The notes below the pieces were generated by a model that worked only from the letters and a program-made list of their open reading frames with translations, was not told the DNA's origin and did not search any database. 64,000 nucleotides of DNA, from contig CM074808.1 in NCBI GenBank assembly GCA_037447605.1, positions 806,001 through 870,000 on the forward strand, in the 5' to 3' direction. The translations under genes and the position numbers were made by a program. The stretch comes from Zygnema circumcarinatum SAG 698-1b (Eukaryota; Plantae; Zygnematophyceae). Of this stretch, positions 49,101-59,927 are shown piece after piece; position 1 is the first letter of the stretch, and the number at the start of each line of letters is the position of its first letter.

Positions 49101-49743
49101 GAGGCTGCCAGCTGGCAGGCTGATGGGTTCGGTAAAGCGTCTCCTTCTCCTCTGGCCAACCATTGTTGTGTTCGGGAGCCAGCCTGTTAGAAATAGTCAG
49201 TGCATCTGAAGCCGATGAGCAGCTTCCGCCATTCCGACATCCTTTACTATGGAACGGCTGGTCAAGTTTTAAAACTTGTGGTCAAGACATGCAAGGAAGA
49301 CGTGACTGAAGCCCGTCCAAAACCAAAAACAAAAAAAAAATGTGTATGCCAAATGCAAGCGGTTTCCAAAAGTAACAAAATATCTTGTTTCTTGATCTTC
49401 AGGAAGCGACTATACCGGACAGTTTCAGAGAATACCACACACGGCATAACATTTCAAGCGACGCATGCACAAAAAATTACAACATATGTTACGAACGGAT
49501 CCAGTACCTTGTCACGACAGCAGCTGGAGAGGGAGTCGCACGGCAACGAGAGGCCCCCCTCCTTGAAGCCCTACTCGAACAGGCCGCGCCTTTGTGACTG
49601 CCACGTGTTTCCCTGCCGGCGCGATGCCGCGACAGCAGCATAGCAACGCAAGCAGGAGCAGTTGCCTCGTGCGCTTCTTGAGAGAAGCCAGCTGTTGCAG
49701 GGTAAAGGGAAAGGTTCTGCAGAGGAGACGCCACGGCAGCCAT
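46187..49743 (-). CDS. Putative plastid-targeted 3xLysM + transmembrane protein with an uncharacterised (possibly FIST_N-like) C-terminus
   Basis: Exon 49743-49508 encodes a Ser/Ala/Arg-rich transit-like peptide. The long exon (~49151-47111) carries three LysM repeats (YEIKRKEWVAAIANKLGV..LNP, YVLKRGDRISSIAKDWGV..LNP, YTIRSGDYLYEIAEEFGV..VN) and a TM (GLLLMAGVISLAVGGTLV). A further exon lies at ~46787-46713. The 3' end (to 46187) is uncertain. Confidence 0.72.
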
Positions 49744-50928
49744 GGCTGCTGCAGGGAGCCCTCCTCCCTCACCACCACTCACCTCTCCTCTCCTCTCCTA
49801 TCCCACTCCCGCCCACAAAGATAGCAAAAGCGCCTGTCAAACCAAAGCTGATCCCCGTGCAAGGCTGACCAATTCCACGTAAGAATGAATTTTGAAATTG
49901 GAAAATACTTGGCTGTGTAACTGGCAATGAAACTGTAACTAGTCGTAGAACGACGCAGTGTTCAGTCACATAGATCCCAATGATTTGGACTTTAGAGGGT
50001 ACTGTACTTTGTCGAATATGCACCAATCACGGCCTGCCATGTCAACAAAATGTCCACGTGGCAAATCCGGATTGGCTCTCGTTCTCATTTTTTCACTTTG
50101 AACGGAGACGAAGACCCTCCCACCTTCAAACTTGGAGGTCTGGAAGGGGGCAACCCTAAAAGTTGGAGAGGCTTCATTGCAGGAGCAGGGACAGGGAGCG
50201 GGAGGCGGTGGTCGGTAAGAGCCTGCAGAAGCGCCCTTTCCTATCACGTTAAATCTTATGTTTCTTTCAAGATGGAGACTGTCTTTGCTGGCTTGAAGTG
50301 TATGCTCTGTCGTGTGAATTGACTCGGTGTGCTTCTGAGGTTTATTGAAAACCGTGGGGGTTGTCATTATATGCTGGCCTTGGGTGTTCTGATGATAGAG
50401 ACGTTGTTGCGGTGGTTTTTCTGCCTTCGTTAGCATCGGCGTTGTTTTTAGGAGGATGCAATTTGCATGCGGTTATGGTTCAAGTCGTGCTTGTCGCCTT
50501 TTTACCGTTTCTTTCCTCAAATGGATTACTGTTAGTGATCTTGTCGTTTTTTGGAAAAGCTGAACTTTGGAGTTGAAGAATACTAGACCGTAGAAAGTAG
50601 CTTTTTAAGAGGACGACAGATGTCTCTCACTGTTACCCTGGCGAGTGTCTACTGTTTTTTCACTTCTTTTCTGCCTGTATTCGCTTTTGCCCCTGCATAC
50701 TGGAAATGAATAAATCCAGTTGGGACTCATTTGTTGTATGAAATAATTTTGTAAGACAGTATGATGTGGTCTCTTCATAGGGTCCCTTTCGTCTCTGAGG
50801 CGTGAATTAAGCAATTACATGAGCTCTAATCTGATGGCTTTTGTTCATATAGCACTTGGCACGTTGTTCAAACATTTTATATCTGTGGAACCTTTCACTG
50901 TCCATGTTTTTATGCAGGTTTGACGTAT

Positions 50929-53900
50929 ATGGCATTTAGATATGGTAAAGGAGATGTCCGTACTGCTGTATTTGAAAGACCCCGTCCAGTTGATTTGGAT
51001 CGCGGGCGAGCAGAGGAAGTAAGTCGCTTGGATCGCCCCCGGGAACTTAGTGAGCGTGATCGACGAGATCGAGAGGTCGAGCGGTTTGATCGAAGGAGAG
51101 GGCCTCGCTCTCGCACGCGCTCTCGCTCACCTCGCCGCTTTGAGCGTCGCAGAAGTCCTGAACGAGATAGAGATCATGACAGGGATCGGTTCCGTGAGCG
51201 AGAGCTTGAACGCGATCGAGAAAGGCGGTCTCCTGGAAGAGAACGGGAACGCCGCGAGAGGTTAGAACGGGAGCGTCCCTTGGACCGTGGGCGAGAGCGG
51301 GAGGTTGAGCATGTGCGAGAGAGGAGTTCTCCATCGAGGGAGAGGATAGATCGCATGAGAGATACTGAAAGGCTACCAATAGCTGTTCCTTATGGAGGTT
51401 TCAATGGCCCTCCTGGGCCCAGCTTCAATGGGCTGAGTCGTGGAAGCGGCTTTGGCCCATCTCCAGGGTTTACCGCAGGAGGACCTGCGATGCCCGGGTT
51501 CAATGATGTCTGCTTTGTTTGCGGAGGGGTTGGCCATTTTGGACGTGACTGCCCAAGCAATCCCGAGGATTTATCAAAGCTGCGACTTCCTGGAAGGCGA
51601 GGCTCTGATGTTGACATGGGGGATCCCAACGGACGAAACAAGGGACTTCCACCAGACGATCCCAACTTTCCAAAATGTTTCGAATGCGGCAAGAGGGGGC
51701 ACGTTGCTCGGGAGGTAGGGCTTCTTGGGTGGTTGGAAACTTCGGCCAAGTGGTGCAGAACAGGCTGATAGATTCTGGTTGCATTGTGGAGATTTCAGTT
51801 ATATATGGATATGATTGCATTGAAGGTAGGATATTTTTTCTTTAGGCGTGGAGAATGGACAGGCGCCGATTTGTGGAGAGCTGTGCATGAGGCTGGCTGG
51901 TATGGAATTTGGAGACCGTGGGGGGGCATCGATTCGTTCGCAATTGGCTCATCAGGGGCAGGTTCTCTGGGACACTAGTGGAGGTAGGCCAGAAAGGGGA
52001 GAGAGGCAGTGTGGGACTTGAAAGGCGGGACCTACATGGAGTCTTTGATGGAGTTACTGAATCAGCGTCTAACAGTTCTGCGAATGGGGGGTTCCTTACC
52101 ATGGTAAGGCTGGCGCATTAGTTTGTGGTTGCAATGGCAGAGAATAGGCATGAGTGGGGCTTTGTTAAAGGTTGGCGGGCAGAGGAGAAAAGGTTCATGT
52201 GGAGGAAGGACGGACAGGAGGTATGTCTTAGTGGCGGGATAAGGTTCTGAAGCGCTCATATAGGGGATGCAATCCGAACAAGTTGGGCACTTCCGACCCC
52301 TGCTGCACTGCTGACCTTACCGGCATGGGTTTGACGAACTGCTGGCGAGGGATGAGGACCTCCTGGAGATTTCTTATCGCTGGAGAGGAGGCTTGGCAGT
52401 GCAAAGGAGTGCAGTATTGGTTAGGGTGACTGAGGGGTGGGGATTGGGGGCATCATTTGAGCTGGAGTTTAGTGTCCTGGCGAGGTCTTAGGCAAGATGG
52501 TGGAAAGGGGAGACAGCTTGGGGATGGAGTAAGTTTGATGTTGGGGTTTCAGCGCTGTTGGTTCTTCTCCGGCATGAGGTCTATGTAGTCTTAGAGCCAA
52601 ACTGAAGGTGGGCTTCTTCTCCAGCTGAAATCAGTTATCACTGAAAGGCCTATGGAGGTTTGGCAGTTTCAAGCATGGTCGACGGAGCTAGACATGGCCC
52701 TAGTCTTAACCACGCTGTAAGCGTTTGGGACCTTGTTCGGTGCTTCATGAATCTTGCATGAGTCTCAAAGACCAAATTGTGCTAATAGAGATTGTTATTG
52801 GCTCTTTGGTTGTGTCTTATTGTGATCTGTTGAGGTTTCAGTGCCGCCTCAAGCAAGCCGGCGCTGGTCCTATTGAACAACGCTGTTACAACTGTGGCTC
52901 CATTGGTCACATCGCAAGAGACTGCCCGAATCGAAATGCAGCAGATGGACCACTGCCTCCTCATCATGTCGACATGCCTCCTCCAAGTGGACCACCTCGT
53001 GCTGCACCTGGTGGCGTGATTAGTGGCGAAGCGTGCTATAACTGCGGTAGGCCGGGCCATTTCGCTAGAGAGTGTCCCGCTAAGTTTGGGCCACCAGCAA
53101 TGGGTCCTTCTCCTATTATGGACCGTTGGTTGGGTGGAATGCCAAGACCTGGCCCTATGGGCCGGGGTATGGGCTTTGGAGGAATGGGGTTCAGTACCCT
53201 TGGTTTTGGAGGCGTTGGTCCTGGAGGCATGAGCGCAGGTGCAGCTGAGGGCTGCTATGAGTGCGGCCATATGGGGCATTTTGCTCGCGAAGTAAGCAAT
53301 CGCTGCTGTTATTAACATGTAGAGAAAACAGGAGGAAAGAATGTCCAGACAAGGAGCTTTCATTCATCATTCAATGTATGCTGTTCACCTGAAGAGACTG
53401 TTGACGGAAGTTGCATGTCCTGGTTGTGGGTCATGATGGGCGGATGCTTGGAAACAGTGCCCGGTGAGATCACGCAGACTCGCAGAAAGGGCTGCTGCAG
53501 CAGCACACGCAGGAGGGGGAGCAGGTGGTAGTGGGGGAGAGGGCCGCCGAATTGCGTCCTCGGCGATTCGGCACAGTGCGGGTGGTGGACGTGCTGAGGA
53601 AGCCAAGCTGAACAACGAGCTGGAAGACTATATGAAGGTGCGGCTTGCTATCTGTTGTAGCACACTTTTTGCCAGTTTTGGGGGCACAGGAAGTGTTGCA
53701 GGGAGCCTCTGGCAACACGACTCTGGTGGCAAAGGGCAGCTTCTTTGGTGTATGGCTGTGTCTGGGATTGACTAACGGATGCGTAAGGAGAAAAGGACGG
53801 GATTATCCTACTTGTCTTTAAAATTCTGTTGCATTGCAATATTTTCTGCATAGTTTGGCTCTAGTACAAAGTTCCTTGAGGTCTTTGACAGGCATGTTAT

Positions 53901-54537
53901 CGTAGTTGAGATGGTTGTTTCGCTGGCTGGGAAGGATGTGTTCGGCTCTCGTATTTCTACTTCTATTTGATGATGGGATTTGCATAGAACATGTTTTGGA
54001 CTTTGTGGTATTGGGATCATTTTGTTTTTTCTAGACAGTCTTAGTCTAGTTCAGTCACGCTGAATAGTTTATGGTGGTTCAGAAACGGTCCCATCATCGG
54101 AGGGATGGAGACGATGATCGCTTGGATGACCTTGAAGATGAACCGTTCGACCATCCGAAGGACGACGGGCCAGGTAGCGACGATGGAGGTATGCTGCCAA
54201 GTCTCAATAAAGCTGCAGTTGATAAAGCAGCTGGAGCAGACGACAGAAACAGTCGTGGTCTCTGATTTAGAACCTTAGACAAGATGAGGTAGAGTCATCA
54301 TTGGAGGATGGCGATAATGACGTAGATTATAAGGCAGCTGATTCATCTCAAGTGGGTCCGGCAGGCCATGGCAGGGATCAGGAGGGTGGGAACAATGGAG
54401 CACGAACAGTGGCTGCCGGTAAGAACCTGAAAGGGGGAGCTGAAGAAGATCCAGAAGAGGCAGAAGGTGAAGGCATCTCAGGGGATGTGTACGCCGGCGA
54501 GGATAGGGACGACGATGCTGTCGATGTGGACATCTGA
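50929..54537 (+). CDS. RS/RE-rich, 5x CCHC zinc-knuckle, Gly-rich RNA-binding protein with acidic tail; exons 50929-51714, 52842-53291, 53458-53637, 54083-54188, 54284-54537
   Basis: Five CX2CX4HX4C knuckles, two of them split by phase-0 introns before the last Cys; N-terminal RD/RE/RS repeats; 5' UTR intron at 50215-50917. The last two exons are less certain. Confidence 0.82.
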
Positions 54538-55182
54538 TAGCCCTCCGTTGCCATTTAGATTGAGAAGCTGGACATTTGAATGGCTTAGTAATGTAAGCCA
54601 TCTGTACACAATTTTGTAGACAGTTTTCAATGCCTTGAAGTCGAAACCCTTCTGCCTCCATTTTTCAAAGTATCATCGAGATACTTCTTACATTTACATG
54701 TGGATGTACTGTCCTGTGCTTGTTTACTTGTACGGTGCCATCGGCTGATTGAATGTGTGCTATCATGAATGAAAGTATTTAAAATTACCTGATGTTTTCT
54801 TACTTCAAAAGTGCGCATGCGAACCATGCACGTTGAAAGTTGTTGGCGAGCCTACCTGGGGCAGGGTACATGCAAATCCTGTACAGTAATCTGCGGCAGA
54901 CATGCAGCACACACTCCATGTCCCAGATGTTCCTTCAGAAAGTTCTGCCCTGTACGCAATAGCAGGTGAAACTACATTCAGTGATTGAGCACATGGCGTT
55001 GGTAGGAGTCTGGCAGAGTTCTCGCATTCTTTGAGAGGTTTGGAGCGATGGTGTGCGAGGCGGCTAATCCTCGTTTTGCTGCCTTCCAGCTCTGAACTCA
55101 ACATCAGATTTGGGTCTGAATTGTGACGACCAAGTTGAGCTTCCCTGATCACAATTCTCCAGACATTAGTTCCTCCTCTAGG

Positions 55183-55226
55183 ACTGCGGCATCGTATCGT
55201 ATCTGACGACGATACGATACCGCAGT
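55183..55226. repeat. 44-bp near-perfect palindrome (18-bp arms)
   Basis: ACTGCGGCATCGTATCGT-ATCTGACG-ACGATACGATACCGCAGT, one mismatch. Confidence 0.8.
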
Positions 55227-55799
55227 AGCGGAAAAATCATGAGTATGTTCGATATATTGTATCGTATTGTATTTCCCGTATCGTTTTCGCTGCTATGACG
55301 GTCGAGCTTTTGGATAAAAAGGCCGAGAATCAGTTTTCGTCACGATCATGATTTTCGTACCGTACGAAAAAGCCCGTGAATCTGTCGTCATCGAGCAGAG
55401 GCAAGTGCCTTTATCGGTCCTTTCTCTCTGGGGAGTGACGTCATCGCCCTGAACCCCTCCTGGCGTGAGGCCCACGCAAGCCGCGCGAGATGCGACCAGG
55501 GCAGGGCTTTAGTGCCACGTGGGCCAATCGGCGGCCGCCAACACCTCACAAACTTGACCAGAAAGGAGTTTCCAGCTACAAACTCATATTACTGACGTCA
55601 TCTCATACGTCTTTTTCCGCCAGTACCGTCCGTCTCCGTCCGAGTGAACAAATCGGATAGCTGTTCCATGTGCTAAATAGCGTAAAACGCGATTCGGCAC
55701 ATGTAGCCCGCCTTGCTAATGAGGAGCTATTTCCCGGCGAGGGACAGCACTTAAGGCTGCTCTTGGAGAGGCTGCAGGAGGCGGAGGGACCGCGGGAAA

Positions 55800-55990
55800 T
55801 TATGGGGGGGAGGGGCGAGGAAGGGGGAGAGGGAGGGGGAGAGGGAGGGGGAGAGGGAGGGAGAGGGGGAGAGGGAGGGAGAGGGGGAGNNNNNNNNNNG
55901 AGGGAGAGAGGGAGGGAGAGGGGGAGGGAGAGGGGGAGGGAGAGAGGGAGGGAGAGGGGGAGGGAGAAGGGGAGGAGGGCGGGGAGGAAG
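55800..55990 (+). repeat. G/A-rich tract containing a 10-N assembly gap (55890-55899)
   Basis: (GGGGGAGAGGGA)n-like run with Ns, directly upstream of the NFXL1 ORF. Confidence 0.9.
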
Positions 55991-56009
55991 GGCACCCGCA
56001 GACACTCAT

Positions 56010-59000
56010 ATGCAGCCTCTGTTCAGACGACGGGAGGGCGGACGGCAGGATGGAGCTCCGCAGTTTGGCAGAGAGGAGGGAGAAGGGCCGTCATTGAATA
56101 TGGAAGGTCTGAAAACAAATAGAGAGCAGTTTTTCCGCACAACGCATCCAAGCCCGGGGCCAAGTGCTGCGTTTCAAGAGCGGGATGTTGCTCCTAACAG
56201 ACCTTTTTTTCAAGGTATGCATAAGGCAGGCAGCGATTTTTGGGAGCAGGGTACCTACTCGCAAGCACCAGGATCATCAAGTCAGCCTCCTGCCTTTGGA
56301 GGAATACTTTCGTCACGATCTTTACCGTCTCCCGACATGCTAAGAGGTAGGGACTCTGCAGGGCTTAGGTTAGGGAATAGAGAAAACTACCGTGTTCAAG
56401 TAGATTCGTTCCGCTTGGAACAAGTCCAAGGCACACAGGAAGGTGCGAGCTTGCGTGAGAACCCGGCAACGAGTGGTAGAGGAACTACCACGTGGCGGGA
56501 AGAGAGTGGCAGTAGTAGACAGTTTGACAAACATCGTCATGAGTTTAGTGAAGGGCGTGGGAGCGGGGGTAGTGCGAGAGGAAGCGGTTTCAGAGGAGGT
56601 CGGGGGTTCGGGCGAGGCGGGAGGGGTGCTGAGCAGCATCGAGAAGAGAAAAGATTAGAGGGCTTTGGAGAGGAGGGTAGTTCTAGCAGGACAGGGAGGG
56701 GGAGTGAGTTTGGGGGACGGGGCTTTGGACGTATGGGATCCATGAGGGGGGGTCGAGCCGGAGGAGAGAGGGCTCTAATGATTCCGAATACAGCTGGCGT
56801 GCGATTTGGGAGAGGTATAGACAGCAGAGAGGTTAGAGAAGACGGCATATTGGGACCCGGAGCGAGGATGTCAAAAAAGAGCGGGAGTAGCTATAGAGCA
56901 AGTACGGCTAGTGACAAGGATGGAGCTGCCGAAAGGATAGGGACAGGGGACCCCATGGTGCCTGAGCGTGTTCAGGAGATAAAGGAGAAGCTTGCAACGG
57001 GTCAGGTAGAGTGCATGATTTGCACTGACATTGTGGGTAGGGCAGCTCCTTGCTGGTCTTGTGGAAGCTGTTTCACCATCTTCCACCTGCACTGCATCCG
57101 CAAGTGGGCTATGACTCCATCTGCAGCAGTTTCAAGTGGCCCTCAAACCGACGGAGCAGCTCCGAGCTGGGGGTGCCCTGTATGCCGGAGTGCTCAGCTC
57201 GTCCAAGCCAACGATATTCATTATCGGTGTTATTGTGGGCGGGTGGGTGATCCCGATTACAACGAGTATTTTACCCCACACTCATGTGGAGAAATTTGTG
57301 GAAAGCCGCTGGACCGTACAGGTGAAGGGCTGTGCCCTCATCACTGCACTCTGAGGTGCCATCCGGGCCCTTGTTCTCACTGCACAGCCTCGGCTTTGCC
57401 TCAGAGCTGCCACTGTGGTAAGAAGCAATTTGTCCGCAGATGTGCGGAACGACTGAAGGTCGGGCTCAGCTGTGACCAGCCATGTGGAAGGTTACTTGGT
57501 TGTGGCCTCCACACTTGTACTCAAACATGTCATTCTGGACCCTGCGTTGACTGTAGGGTTTTGGTTCCCACACGTTGTTATTGTGGCAAGAAGTCGGAAG
57601 TCATGATGTGCGGACAGATAGGGCAAAGTATGGTGGCCGATGACATTGTACAAGGAGCATTTTCTTGTGGGGTTATCTGCGGAAAGGACCTGACATGTGG
57701 CAATCACAAATGTCAGAAGGTCTGCCATGATGGACCATGTAGCGAGTGTCAGCTGCTGCCAGAAAACGTCTCAACTTGTCCCTGTGGGAAAGTGTCACTA
57801 TCGGTGCTTCTGCCGCCGGAAAAGGAGAGGAGAAGCTGCTTAGACCCAGTTGCCACCTGCAGTCAAATATGCAAAAAGGAACTGCCTTGTGGCCTGCATG
57901 AGTGCAAAATGCCCTGCCATAGAGGCCCCTGCAGGCCGTGTACGGTGATGGTAGAGCAGCGGTGTCGTTGTGGGGACTTTTCTCGCAATGCCCCTTGCTC
58001 TCATGTTTTTGGAGCTAATGGTACGGATGCTCGTCCTTCAGCAGCAACAGTAGAGAAGGGCCTGTTTCTTTGCGAAAAGAAGTGTGGGAAGAAGAAGAGT
58101 TGTGGCCGGCATCGTTGCAACAATCGCTGCTGTTCTGTTGGGAGAGACGGTGCGAATGAGATGTTGGAAGTCGACCCACACCTCTGCCTACTGCCCTGCG
58201 GGAAGAAGTTGCAGTGTGGGCAACATAGCTGCCAAGAGCTCTGCCATGCTGGACACTGCCCCCCTTGTTTGAACTCTGTCTTTAGTGAACTCTCTTGTGC
58301 GTGCGGTGCAACTACTGTAGCTCCTCCTCTACCATGCGGCACTCCTCCTCCCTCCTGCCTGAGAGACTGCTCTGTTCGGCAACCTTGTGGCCATCCATCC
58401 ACCCATCTTTGCCACTTTGGGCCATGTCCTCCCTGCACTGTGCCTATTGCTAAATCCTGCACGGGGGGACATGTCGTGCTGAGAGGAGTTCCATGTGGGT
58501 CACGTGATATAAAATGCAACAACCGTTGTGGGGTTTTACGGAAGTGTGGCCAACACTTCTGCAACAAGCTGTGCCACCTTCCTCCCTGCGATTCACCACG
58601 TCCGGAAGGTGCAGAGGAGAGATCAGCTGGCGATAATTCTTCTTCCTGTGGGCAGCCGTGCGGAGCACAGCGGAGAGACTGCCTACACAACTGTACGGCT
58701 CTCTGCCACCCCGGGTCGCCTTGCCCAGACTTGAGATGTCAGGTCCAAGTCATGATAATGTGTCCCTGCAATAGAATTTCAGCCAAAGTGCCATGCGATG
58801 TGGGAGGTGGCAAGGAGGCCGATTCATGGATGGTGTTGGCAAGTCTCCCTACTCCTTTACAGCCTGTAGAGGAGCGAATTCGAGTGCCTCTTGGACAGAG
58901 GCAGCTTTCATGTGACGAAGAGTGTGTGAAGATGGAGAAGAAGAGAGTACTTGCAGAGGCTTTTCAGCCATTGGGAGCCACTTTTGATGGTTTGGATGTT

Positions 59001-59927
59001 GCCTCAGGGAGCAGTTCTGCTGATCTCAGTGAGCTCGCTCGAAGGGAGCCCTTGTGGGTCGCCGGAGTTGAGGCTCGGTTGGGGGCCCTTATAGTGGGGT
59101 CTCCCAAGGGAATGCTTGGAAATGCAAAGTTTAGAGTGCATGTGTTTTCACCCATGCCAAGTAGCAAACGAGCAGCCATTCATGCTCTTGCGTGTCTTTG
59201 GAGCATGCGCTCAACTTCTGTCGGAAATGAGCCGCGACGAATGGTGGTTGTGTATACCACAACCAAGTCACGACCCCCTCCCAGAACAATCAGCAAATGC
59301 TTAGTAGCTTTACCGGGACATTCTGCCCCTCCTCCTCCTTCGTTTAATGGTGAGCTTGATTTGGACCCTTCCACTGTAGTTGCTTTGTTAGACCTGCCAA
59401 TGGAGGCAAAGGTTTCCAATCAACTTCTGCGCTTTGGGGGCGAGTGTGAACTCGTCTGGTTGGATGATAAGAACGCTCTTGTAATCTTCGATAGTCCTGG
59501 AAGAGCTGCCACAGCTCTGCGTTACCTCGACCATGGGTCGACCTATAGAGGTGCGACCACGTGGGAGGGTCGACCTACAGTGAGAGGGAGAGGTGGGAGA
59601 AGGAGTGCGGAAGCTGGTAATGAGGCTGAGAATGCTTGGGCCGATGATCAGGGCAAAGGGAATGCCATTTCTGATGCTATCCCTAGCGGAGCATGGAGAC
59701 GGGGGGGTCCGCCGATTTCTTCCACAGGAAACACCTTTTTGGCTTTAGAGCTGGCAACAGAGGAGGGAACATCTGAGGTAAAATCTGTGGAGGAGGCACG
59801 GAGGACAGGAGGAGGGGAGAATCACACGCAAGCTGTAAACAAGGAGAGGAAGCAAGAGGAAGTAACATCTCAGCACGCCGTAGCTCCCGTTGAAGATACG
59901 GAAGAATGGGAACAGTTGGCCGAGTAG
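56010..59927 (+). CDS. NFXL1: NF-X1-type zinc finger protein (RING/PHD-like, ~11 NF-X1 fingers, R3H, C-terminal RRM-like), single exon
   Basis: CMICTDIVGRAAPCWSCGSCFTIFHLHCIRKWA...WGCPVCR; YRCYCGR..PHSCGEICGK; repeated CGxHxCxxxCHxGPC; R3H-like SPMPSSKRAAIHALA..S.GNEPRR; LVWLDDKNALVIF. The true start may be hidden by the upstream gap. Confidence 0.93.
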   Translation: MQPLFRRREGGRQDGAPQFGREEGEGPSLNMEGLKTNREQFFRTTHPSPGPSAAFQERDVAPNRPFFQGMHKAGSDFWEQGTYSQAPGSSSQPPAFGGILSSRSLPSPDMLRGRDSAGLRLGNRENYRVQVDSFRLEQVQGTQEGASLRENPATSGRGTTTWREESGSSRQFDKHRHEFSEGRGSGGSARGSGFRGGRGFGRGGRGAEQHREEKRLEGFGEEGSSSRTGRGSEFGGRGFGRMGSMRGGRAGGERALMIPNTAGVRFGRGIDSREVREDGILGPGARMSKKSGSSYRASTASDKDGAAERIGTGDPMVPERVQEIKEKLATGQVECMICTDIVGRAAPCWSCGSCFTIFHLHCIRKWAMTPSAAVSSGPQTDGAAPSWGCPVCRSAQLVQANDIHYRCYCGRVGDPDYNEYFTPHSCGEICGKPLDRTGEGLCPHHCTLRCHPGPCSHCTASALPQSCHCGKKQFVRRCAERLKVGLSCDQPCGRLLGCGLHTCTQTCHSGPCVDCRVLVPTRCYCGKKSEVMMCGQIGQSMVADDIVQGAFSCGVICGKDLTCGNHKCQKVCHDGPCSECQLLPENVSTCPCGKVSLSVLLPPEKERRSCLDPVATCSQICKKELPCGLHECKMPCHRGPCRPCTVMVEQRCRCGDFSRNAPCSHVFGANGTDARPSAATVEKGLFLCEKKCGKKKSCGRHRCNNRCCSVGRDGANEMLEVDPHLCLLPCGKKLQCGQHSCQELCHAGHCPPCLNSVFSELSCACGATTVAPPLPCGTPPPSCLRDCSVRQPCGHPSTHLCHFGPCPPCTVPIAKSCTGGHVVLRGVPCGSRDIKCNNRCGVLRKCGQHFCNKLCHLPPCDSPRPEGAEERSAGDNSSSCGQPCGAQRRDCLHNCTALCHPGSPCPDLRCQVQVMIMCPCNRISAKVPCDVGGGKEADSWMVLASLPTPLQPVEERIRVPLGQRQLSCDEECVKMEKKRVLAEAFQPLGATFDGLDVASGSSSADLSELARREPLWVAGVEARLGALIVGSPKGMLGNAKFRVHVFSPMPSSKRAAIHALACLWSMRSTSVGNEPRRMVVVYTTTKSRPPPRTISKCLVALPGHSAPPPPSFNGELDLDPSTVVALLDLPMEAKVSNQLLRFGGECELVWLDDKNALVIFDSPGRAATALRYLDHGSTYRGATTWEGRPTVRGRGGRRSAEAGNEAENAWADDQGKGNAISDAIPSGAWRRGGPPISSTGNTFLALELATEEGTSEVKSVEEARRTGGGENHTQAVNKERKQEEVTSQHAVAPVEDTEEWEQLAE

